A DNA stretch of 63,715 bases, counting the filler, from Diploschistes diacapsis (Eukaryota), in the NCBI GenBank assembly GCA_023645945.1. It is 21 parts of 21 records of this genome, joined end to end, with 100 filler letters (N's around TTAATTAATTAA, not from the genome) between each part and the next. Parts side by side here need not be neighbours in the genome. Positions count along the whole stretch, not along the records: positions 44,154 to 63,715 come from JALAIB010000368.1; 20 more parts are not named here. One strand, 5' to 3'. The notes under the pieces are model-generated. The model did not search any database and was not told the DNA's origin. It worked only from the letters and a program-made list of their open reading frames with translations. How positions within the stretch are numbered: the first letter of the stretch is position 1; every line of letters starts with the position of its first letter. The translations under genes and the position numbers were made by a program. This document shows positions 53,211 to 63,715 of this stretch, piece by piece.

Positions 53211-53775
53211 CTATATTCCGAGGCTGGTTAATGCATGGCTGACGGCAGAGGCGAGAGCTTCCACTTCATTTCCCCATGAAGGCACAGTGTGCCCACCACC
53301 GTGCACGACCTCAACGCACCTCGCGCGATCACACATCTGCACCAATTGGGCACTTTGTCTGGGATAGTCCACATCATCCAAGCTCCAGGCATGGATGGTC
53401 GGAATGCGAATCGTATCGCTAACGTCCTCGGCCTGGAATAACCGCATGACACCCTTGTCAAGCTCATGCCAATCACAGGGTAGCGTTGCACACAAGAAAA
53501 TGCCTCACTCCTCGCTCTTGGTTCTGAAGCAGGAGGGTTGCCGCGAGGGCAGCGCCAAGGGAAAAGCCCAGAATGGCATCGAAGGGGCCGTTCCCCGCCA
53601 GGTATTTAGCAAGATCGTCCAGGGCTTTGGCCACGTTTTGGGGGGTGCCATTGTGGTAGGAATAGCAAATCTGATGTTTGCCAAATACCTCCTTGATTCC
53701 GGCGGCGGATGGGCCAGGGATATTCGCCGTCTAGGAAGTCGTATTCGAACCCATCCCCTAAGGCATAGCGTAAGA
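53211..53775 (-). pseudogene. FSH1/LovG-like serine hydrolase (trans-thioesterase candidate), frameshifted
   Basis: LRYALGDGFEYDFLDG, GPFDAILGFSLGA (Ser), IPTIHAWSLDD (Asp) and HGGGHTVP (His). Frameshifts near 53710 and 53503. The usual N-terminal LCLHG exon was not found. Confidence 0.8.
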
Positions 53776-55005
53776 ATTAGGATTAGGATTAGTGGTGCCA
53801 AGACCGAGCGATGACATACCTCGCTATCAATATCTTCATCTTCATCTTCATTTTCGACGTCGGGAGCCAACTGCGGTGATCCATCATGACAGAGTCTATT
53901 TTGCGGCGTAAATGGCTCTCAGGCCCACATAAAATGGGTAGTAACGCCTTCTCAATCTATGTTGGGCGATACTGTAGCATTCATTGCGTACATCTCACGC
54001 GCCCTCCAAGAAGGTCATGCGATATGAAATGACTATTAACCTTGCTAATCCGGCGTATGGTCTTGCATGCTTAGGCTATTTGTTGATGTCTCGCACCGTC
54101 TCAGAACAACATCTATTCCAAACAGGTCCCTCAACACTCAGGACAATATGTGGTAATGCGGCACACAAGTTCATGTCGATCGCTCTCCTTCCGCTCTTGA
54201 AATCTATGGCAAGAGTTCGTTCTAATCTGATCAAGTAGATGATAATCCACCGCTCAGCCCGTATCCAGGCAGCCCACTCACTCTACCGGCCAATGATCCC
54301 CCCCAGTCAGACTCTCGACACTCCGATATGGAAGCACTATTGGAGCCTGGAACTCGCCGCAGCAGGTACCTTGACCCACAAAGCCCAGCATGGCGCCCCT
54401 AAGCTCTCTAGAAACGCTTTTCCCCTTCATTGTGTGATTCGGGTCGAGTGCTAGCTCTCTATGCATCTTTTTCATTGCTACCGCCTTCCTGTGTTCTTGA
54501 TCTTTGTTTGAGGCACCGCAATGCCTAGCAACTTTGTCACCTGTGGCTACGTTCTCTTCAAGTTCGGATGTCACCCTCTGCTCCTGCAACGACGCCGTTC
54601 CCCCCTACTTCTCCGAAGATTTCTCGGGCTTGTTCATTTAAGCCTATCATATGCATAATCACCAAGGGATGTACCGGTATAATCATCATTTGTTGGCGTT
54701 GTAAAAGTATTGGGCATAGACTCTGGGATTGCGCACTTCTCTTGACCCGTACACCAGGTTCTGCTGCAGACATTTTGAAACCGAGGTTGTTAGTCCTTGT
54801 ATCTCATCCATAAAGTGCATACTCTGTTTCTGCGAAAGCCTTTTGTAGATATACCAGCATTACCTGACATAAGGAACTCACACAAGTTGGGGTGGTATCT
54901 CTACACCTTTTGTCACTCTCAGGAATCACGATCCGTACAAAGAGCCTTTTCCGGTCAAGAGAACCCGCTGGATCCTGCTCACATCGCACTCGGAAAATAG
55001 CAATC

Positions 55006-58000
55006 ATGAGGTTTAATACATACGTTGATAGGAATGGTTCGGAAATACCTCTTGCCATTGTTGGTGTCGCTTTCGAATTCCCTCAAGAGGCCGTCACATT
55101 AGATTCGTTTTGGAAAATGATTCACGACGGAAGATCAGCAACTACGAATTTACCCAAGGACAGATTGAATGTTGATACTTTTTTTCATCCGGATAGCTCC
55201 CGCCCTAGCGCGTTGAGTTTTATCGTAAAATATAACCACGAGCTCCAGTGGCTCATCAGTTCAGATACCATTACGAGGGGGCAATTTTGTTCGGGAAAAT
55301 ATCGGTGCTTTCGACCCACCGTTCTTTTCTATCGCGCCCGCGGAAGCAGCATGTATGGATCCGCAACATCGACGAATGCTCGAGACCGCTTACCATGCTC
55401 TCGACGACTGTAAGTAACTTCGGCTGCCATATTGGGCTATGAGATATCAAGCCCATTAACGTCTATTAGCGGGCATTTCACTTGCCCAATGTTCTGGGTC
55501 GGACACATCTGTATTTACGGGCTGCTTCACGAATGATTATCTTAGCATCGTGCAGCAGGACTTCGAGACCGAGCATAAGCACGCAGCAATGGGGATTGCG
55601 CTATCTATGTTAGTAAACCTACTAAGCTGGTTTTTCAATTTCAAAGGGACATCCATGAATCTGGATTCAGCATGCTCAAGTAGTTTGATCGCATTACACC
55701 TTGCCTGTCAGGAACTCCGCGCAGGTACATCATCTATGGTAATCACGGGAACTATCGTCTTCAGCCCCTTCAGAATGCTTTGGCTAACAAGATAATCTAG
55801 GCACTCGTTGGGGGAGCCAACCTCGTTTACCATCCCGATTTCATGAAGATGATGGCAAATTTCAATTTCCTATCTCCAGATAGCAGGTGCTGGACGTTTG
55901 ATCAACGAGCAAACGGCTACTCTCGTGGCGAAGGAAGTGCAGTTTTAGTTGTAAGACGCCTCACAGATGCCTTGAGAGATAGCCATACAATTAGGGCCAT
56001 CATTCGAAATACCGGCTCCAATCAGGATGGCAGAACACCAGGAATAACACAGCCGAGCCAAGAAGCCCAGACTGCCCTTATAAAACGGACCTATGAGCAC
56101 GCAAATATTGATATGGCACCTACAAGGTTCTTTGAAGCTCACGGGACCGGCACCAAAATTGGCGATCCTACCGAAGCAAAAGCTATTGGGCTCGCCTTTC
56201 ATGACCATCGAGCTGAGCATGATCCGCTTTACATTGGCGCTGTTAAGGCTAGTATAGGACATCTTGAAGGCTGCAGTGGCATTGCTGGGGTGGTCAAGGC
56301 ACTTCTCGTGCTCGAGAAAGGCGTGATACCCTCAATTGCCGGCCTGGAAATACTTAATAGGCAGATAGAAGAGGACAAACTGAATTTGCATGTAAGTCGC
56401 CAATGCAGAAAAGAAGCCATCCACCATTAACAACAAATAGTTCCCTCGTAAGACTATACCCTGGCCAGAATGCAAGATTCGTCGGGCCTGCGTAAGTAAT
56501 CTGTTGTGACCAATGCCTTCTATGGCTAAGAATCACTAGGTCAACTCCTTCGGGTTTGGAGGTACTAATGCCGTTGCCATTCTCGATGACGCGAGGGGTT
56601 ACCTAGAGCTTCATGGTTTGCAGGGATACCATCGCACGCAGGGAGTTCCGCGAGCTCACAGTTCCACACCAATGGATGACACCTCTCATCCCCATGATCT
56701 GGCGCTGCCAGATCCGACGGCTGTCTCGAAAGCAACGTCTGATAGTTCCTCAGCATTTGAATCCCTATTCAAGCCGGCGAAGCTGCTGATCTGGTCAGCT
56801 TTCGACAAAGAGAGCACGCTGCAACTCTCTTATGCACTATATCGTTATATTCATGCTTGTGCCGATGAGATTGATGATCTGGCATACCCCTTAGCTGTTC
56901 GGAGAACCCATTTCGCTTGGAGATGTTTCACAGTGATGAATTGCGGCGAGAAATCGATGCAGATGCCGAGCCTCCAAAGAGAACCTATCAAGATTGCGGA
57001 TAACAGTGGACTAGTCTTCGTCTTTACCGGGCAAGGAGCTCAATACCTGGGCATGGGTCGACAGCTCCTTGCTTTTTCCGAGTTCCGGAGAAGTATGGCA
57101 ACTTCGGAATCCTGCATGAAACGGCTTGGTTGTTCATGGTCTATATACGAAGCCATTGACTCCTGGAATGAAGAATTGCCTATTGAAAGGCCCGAAATTA
57201 GTCAGCCTTTGACAACCTGTCTTCAATTGGCCCTTGTGGACCTACTAGAGAGCTTCGGGATCAAGCCAAAAGCTGTACTAGGTCACTCCTCCGGGGAAAT
57301 TGCCGCGGCCTACGCCGCCGGTGGTTTATCTCGGTTTTCGGCTATCAAGGTAGCTTATTTTCGAGGCAAGCTTTCATCCAGCATTGTAAGCAACCAGGAT
57401 AACGTGTCGATGATGGCAGTAGGCTTATCATATGATAATGTTCTGCCATATCTCAGCCGTATCCACGACCTTGAAGGAGTCCTTAACGTCTCCGTTGGCT
57501 GTGTCAATAGTCCTTTTAGTATTACTCTTACCGGAACTACAACGCAGCTCGAAAGACTTGCGGAGTGGCTTACAGAGGACTCGATTTTTGTACGCATGCT
57601 TCGCATTCCTATTGCCTATCATTCGTCTTTTATGCAAGCAATTGCTGGCCATTACCTGACCGCCATGGGAATACTTGAGAAAGGCTCCATACCAAGCTCT
57701 GTTGTTATGATCTCTTCTGTCACAGGCGATATCGTAACCACCGATGACTTAACCCGTGCCGACTATTGGGTGCGTAATTTGACCTCGACCGTTGAGTTCG
57801 CGGCTGCATTTACGAAACTTCTTGAGCAGTCGAGCAAAATGCCACGTAAGCAACTCGGAAAAGCCTCGCTACAGAACCTAAAGGTCACACACATCCTGGA
57901 GATTGGGCCGCATGGCGCCCTTCAGGGGCCAATTCACGATATTTTGAGGGCTTTCCCAGGCCCTGCTAAGCCGACTTATCTACCTTCTCTCATCCGCAAC

Positions 58001-61000
58001 CAAGATGCATCTGCTGCGCTTTTGGAAGCACTCGGAGCCCTCTATTGTGCCGGATATCCCGTTGACCTCTTGAGCGTCAATGATTTAGGCGATTCTGTCA
58101 GACCAACGTCAGTGGACATGCCCAAGTATCGTTTAAACACAACAAATTGTATTGGATAGAGATTCGTTTAAGCAGAAATTTTCGCTTTCGAGAAGTCGGT
58201 AGGCATGATCTGCTCGGAACCCGCAGTCTAGATTGGAACCCGCAAATGGCGCAATGGCGCAATGTCATGAGATTGAACCATATCCCATGGCTAGAACACC
58301 ACAAAGTAACGGCGAGATCATATTTCCAGCAGCGGGCATGGTAGTCATGGCCATGGACGCTGTTAAGCAATTGAACAACAATATAGCGAGCCCGCCTGAG
58401 ATTCAGATTAAAGATGTCACATTTACACATCCCATCAGATTTCCACAAGGAACCGATAAGGTTGAGACCCAACTCAATCTGTCCACGGGGTTAGGTACCG
58501 AATTTGCGACATCATGGTCCTACTTCCGCCTGTTTGTCATAGACAATGGGAGCTACCTAGAATGTTGCACTGGGTATATTCAAGGCGTCACGAATCGGCA
58601 GCAGCCAAACGGTGATATGTCGTATCCTACCTTAGACGGCAAACCAGTTTCAGACTGGAAAATTAGCATTGCGGACGTTTGTCAAGGGTCAGAACAGGAT
58701 CCTTATAGCATGTCCACGGGATCTCGGGTGCAGTATGGACTAACCTTTCAGAACCTTGAGAACATGCGGCTGAGCGGTCAAGGTGAAGCCGTTGCTTACC
58801 TCAAGACGCAGCAATGGAAAGAGGGCATGGTAGAAACATTCACACAACACTATGCCGTTCATCCTTCCGTCCTTGACGCATTGGCGCAATTAATCCCACC
58901 GGCGCTTGCGGAGAGAAATGGCAGGATGCCAACTATGCTTCCTACCCGAGTCTCGACAATTTGGATTGACTGCGTCGGTATGGAAGCCCTTTGGGAAGAC
59001 AAGTTTTTTGTCGCTGCCAGATGCAGATCACGAGACTACCGAGGAGCCTCAGCTAGTATTTTAGCAACTTCTGGCAGTCAAAACAGACCACTGCTCTGCC
59101 TTGAGGGTCTCAAAACAACCTTCATAAGTAGCACCGAGGATCTAGATACCAACGAAGCGTTACCTCGCAAGTTATGCACCAGAATAATCCAGAAGCCTGA
59201 TATAGATATGATGAGCCACGAGCAGATATTCCTGGAATGCACCCGGGATAGACCGATAGAGGCATTGGACGAAGTGTCAAAGTTTCGATCACTGATGTTG
59301 ATCATCATGGGGTTTATACAAGAGGCACTCGATTTTGTTGAGGGTCATCCTTTCTTGTCGCTCGAGAAACACTTAATGAATTATCTGGATTGGATGACAT
59401 ATCAAAAGCATCGACTAACCATTGGAGGATTTCCGGTTACTTTATCCGCCGTGCAAGATTTGCTCAAGGACCCTACAGCCCGCATGCAACTTGCTAACCA
59501 AGTCGAGAAATTCTGGAAGCGAAGGATTTCTCTTCGTGCATATCGGTCGAAACCTAATCAATATACTTCGCCATGAGGCGGATCCGCTTGACCTGATGTT
59601 CTGAAACGGTCTGGTCAATTACTACTATGAGCGAAAGCTTGCAAATGATTATCACGCATATCCTGCATCCATGTTCATCGATCTTCTCGCCTTCAAGAAC
59701 CCATCTTTGAATATTCTTGAAATCGGCGCCGGCACCGGAGGACAGACAGCAAGGCTACTAGAAAAGCTGTCCTTTGACGGTGTAAAGAAATGGGCTTGCT
59801 ACGATTATACTGATATATCTCCGGGATTCTTCGAACAAGCGCGAATGAATTTTCAAGCCTTCGCGGATAAGATGAGCTTCTGTGTGTGCGACATCTCCAA
59901 CGATCCAAAAGTGCAGTCGTTTGAACTAGGCAGCTATGATCTTATCGTCGCTTCACATGTTCTTCATGCAACGAATAATCTCCACAAGCCGCTGCGCAAT
60001 GGTCGCAAGCTTCTTAAGCCTTCCGGGAAATTGCTGCTCTTTGAAACCACTGAACCGAATGCTCTCCATGTCAGTTTCGCTTTTGGCCTTTTTAAAGGGC
60101 TGGTGGACTCCTTTGGAGCATGAGTCTCGTTGCAAACTGAGTCTCTGCATCAGAGTCGCCGAATGGGACCATCGACTGAAAGAGGCTGGCTTTTCAGGCG
60201 TGGACGTGGAAATCCCTGGTCAGCAAGACGTAGAATGCCAATATAGCAGTATCATGATCGCTAGTGCTATTGACGCCAGCGTAAGCCCTAATCATCCTCG
60301 AGAAATTGCTCTAGTAAGGGACGCAGAAGTGGAAGGACAGTGCGTAATAGCACAATCTTTGCAGAATTTGCTTTTGACGCAAGACATTGCATGCACATCA
60401 TACGCATTAGAACATCTTGTTGAAGCTGATATCCCTGGTACGACCATCATCATATTTCTCATAGAAGTGGATGCAGCATTCCTGGCCGAAATTTCGGCCC
60501 CAGACTACGCATGTCTAAAGGCAGTCAATATAAGGTTCAAGAACACTATCTGGGTGACGAGACCTTTTTTTAATGAATTCGAACCTCGACATCATCTCGC
60601 AGACGGTTTCGGTCGCACTCTCGCCTCAGGGGACTCTGCAGGTAGGTTTGTGACTCTTGAATTGGATAGCTCGAGACCCGACCCAGGGCAAGCGGTATCT
60701 ATGATCTTTAAGATGATCAGCACAATAGCCTCGTCATCAATAGAGAATTTGGAGAATAACTATGTCGTCAAAGATGGCATGCTTCACACATGCCGAATCT
60801 CAAAGAACGACGCCATGGACAAGATAGTCGCCCAGAGCACTCGATCACATTGTCGATAGGAACTTCAGCTTGCGCCGAGCACTGAGATTGCTCTTACCCT
60901 TGGTTCACCTGGGCACCTTAAGACGCTCGGGTGGGTATCTGACGAACCAGAGCCAAGAGACTCCTCCATTGGTGATGAAGATGTCATTGTTGAGGTTAAA

Positions 61001-63172
61001 GCATTTGGCTTAACTGCAAGAGACTATTATATTGCCAGTGGGAAAGTTAACGAGACAGGATTAGGAACAGAGTGTGCCGGAATCATTAAATCAGCCGGCC
61101 GTTGCTCGGGTTTCCAAAGTGGCGACCGAGTATGTCTTATTGGACTTTCCATGAGTCGCTCAGTTGCATGCTCGAAGAGTAGCGCAGCCTTTGGTATCCC
61201 TCCAGACATGAGCTTCGCAGAAGCTGCTTCACTGCCGACAGCACTTTGGCTTTCTTATCATGCCCTCATTGAAATAGAACGACTTCAAGAGGATGAGACT
61301 ATTCTTATTCTCCATGGATCCAGCAGCGTCAGTCAGATTGCCGTTCAAATGGCAAGAACCTTGGGTGCGAAAGTACTAGTGACAGCAAGCTCGCTGGTTC
61401 AAAGCGACTTTATATGCCAAGAGGTAGGGGTATCGAAAACTGAGATATTCTTGAGCGAAGATTGCGCCATGATCAGCAAGATTCTTCAAGCCACACAGGG
61501 CCACGGTGTCGATGTACTTTTTGGATCATTGAAACACGGAACTGACGCAGAACTATCAAGATGTCTCGCACCCTTTGGACGCCTAATCGACAAGAACCTG
61601 AAGCACAAAGCCGAGACGAACGTGAAGCCGTTAGGAGAGACGCCGGCGAATGTATTATTTACGCGCATTAACAGGGCGGATCTTCTACTTAAAAAGCCAG
61701 CTAGAGCCCATACAACCTTTCGGAATGCAATGAAGATGGGTTTAGATGCAAAGCTCAAACCGCTGCGTCCTCTGCACTTATTCCAGGCAAACGAGATTGA
61801 GAAAGCTTTCCGCCATTTCCAGAATGCCGGAGCATTGGGAAAAAGAATAATAGAGCTTATGTTCTGGAATGACCGTTTCTGTATGTTTTCCTAGATCCTT
61901 CCCTTTGAACCTTCTAACAAACTACTCTTCTAGGCAATAACCGAAACGAAGCCAAAATACGCCTTCTTGAGCGAGGCAACTTACATCATCGCGGGCGGCC
62001 TAGGTGGCCATGGAAGAGGCTTTGCACGATGGATGGTCAGTCGTGGTGCATGAAATTTGGTCCTCCTCTCCCGCTCCGGTATCAAGAGTGAAGTAGCAAA
62101 GACTCTCGTAAAAGAGTTAGAATTGCAGGGTGTTTGCGTTATGACACCCAAAGTCGACATTGGTAACCTTGATGATTTAATCAACGTACTAGACATGCTC
62201 AAAGAACGCATGCCACCAATACGGGGCTTGTATACAAGCCACCGTTGCTCTGAGAGTACGCATAATCATCCTAGAAATATTCAAAGCAACATGTGGCTAA
62301 CGAAATCATAGGATAACCTATTCGAGAACATGACCTACGAAGATTGGTCCCTCAGTACTCACTTTAAAGTCGCTGGCTCTTGGAACCTTCATGCCGCTCT
62401 CCCTTTAAGCCTCGATTTCTTCGTTCTTCTTTCATCGGTCAACTGTATTTTCGGAGGTAGAGCACAGGCGAACTACGCAGCAGGCAACACCTTCGAAGAT
62501 TCTCTCGCGCGCTACCGCATCGCACGTGGCCAGAAGGCAGTCTCTATAGATCTAGGCCTCATGGTGGGCGAAGGCGTTGTCGCCGAAAGCGAGTATCTGC
62601 TGACTTCGATGCGACGACGTATTGGGCATCTCATGGATATAAAGCAGGAAGAGCTCATTGCACTACTTGATCATTATTGTGATCCGGACCTGCCACTTTT
62701 TTCGGATGAGGAAGCGCAGGTACTTGTTGGTATTGAGATGCCTTCTGCTGTCCGCGCTAAGGGGATTGATTTGCATCACTCGATGTATCGGCCCCTTTTT
62801 CGTCACTTGTTTCAAACAGCGCCCGAGAAAGCAATCGCCGATCGTCCAAGTTCAGATGCCAGTGTCGTCGATCGAGCTGCGATGCTCAGACGAGCTACGT
62901 CTCAAGAAGAAGCTGCGGCTCTGGTTACGGGATGGTTTGCTAAGAAGGTAGCACAGATACTGGGATTGTCGGAGCAAGACATCGACCCGAGCAAGCCCAT
63001 GCACACATATGGCATCGACTCGCTAGTTGCGATGGACCTAAAGAACTGGATTGCGAGGGACATCGGCGCCGATGTCGAGATCTTTATGCTGCTAGGCAAT
63101 ATGCCGTTGGAGGCTGTTGGCGCGGCCGTGACTGTACAGAGCCGGTTCTGGCAAGAGGGGCCGGCACTTTGA
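55006..63172 (+). pseudogene. Highly reducing iterative type I PKS (KS-AT-DH-cMT-ER-KR-ACP), multiply disrupted
   Basis: KS: DSACSSSL, EAHGTGT, GHLEG, VNSFGFGGTN. AT: GHSSGE, AYHS. DH: HHKVNGEIIFP, HPSVLD. cMT: ILEIGAGTGG. KR: GGLGGHG, ANYAAGN. ACP: GIDSL. Six frameshifts, three in-frame stops and one broken splice donor. Confidence 0.92.
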
Positions 63173-63715
63173 AGGTTGAGAGCGCGCAGGCGCCGTCGAA
63201 GCCAATCAGAAAGCCAGACGAATGTATTTCTTTTTTTTTTTTCCTTTTTTCTTTTTTCGTGATACATGATAGTAGCTGTAAGCGCTCAAACACTCTGCAA
63301 GGCAGTTTGTCTTTGTCACGCTTCAAGGATAGAGAGTAAAGACTTACACTTCGTCCCTCTCGACGTTATCTCACTTGCACTAGGTTTAGTGTGTGCATTG
63401 GGGGCCTTAAACGAATAAGGATAGACGTGAAAGGGAGTATCAGAAACAGGTCTAGAATAGCTTCGAGCTTCGAACAGCTTTGTGTAACGTTTATTACTAC
63501 CAGTGTGCGAGCCACGCATCTTCCATCTATGTACGCACCCGGCGGCGGTGGCGGCGGGATGAGCCTGTCCTCTACCTAGAACGTTTGTTTGTATACATAA
63601 GCTCTCAAGCACTCCCGACGACGCAAAGTCCTCCACAGAAAATCAGACCAATAGCACGGGCGTTTATTATGGCACAAAGTCGCTTTTTTGTGAACCCCCC
63701 CCCCCCTTCAAACAC

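Noticed and set aside
59602..62053. In-frame TGA/TAG as selenocysteine, readthrough, RNA editing or an alternative genetic code
   Set aside because: All three stop types occur alongside frameshifts, and most are not at Trp or Cys positions. Intact genes here end in standard TAG/TGA.

Overview
Eukaryotic (filamentous ascomycete, Pezizomycotina) draft sequence, not a continuous locus. It consists of 21 contigs joined by 100-nt linkers of the form N-TTAATTAATTAA-N. Nineteen contigs of about 1.19 kb are AT-rich, RIP-mutated transposon debris: Fot1/pogo, Ty1/copia, Ty3/gypsy chromovirus, solo LTRs and a hAT-like element with ACACGG subterminal arrays. A 19.6-kb contig (11605-31192) carries intact housekeeping genes: XRN2/RAT1, USO1, an isochorismatase-family hydrolase, EMC1 and a conserved Arg/Asp-rich protein. 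The other contig (44154-63715, at least 19.56 kb) carries a GGCT/AIG2-like gene next to a six-gene highly-reducing polyketide cluster: P450, SAM methyltransferase, alpha/beta hydrolase, PTH11-like membrane protein, FSH1/LovG-like serine hydrolase and an HR-PKS (KS-AT-DH-cMT-ER-KR-ACP). Every cluster gene has nonsense or frameshift lesions but remains reconstructable, so this looks like a recently dead biosynthetic cluster. Sequencing error could explain some of the indels. All gene models were built by hand and no database searches were run.
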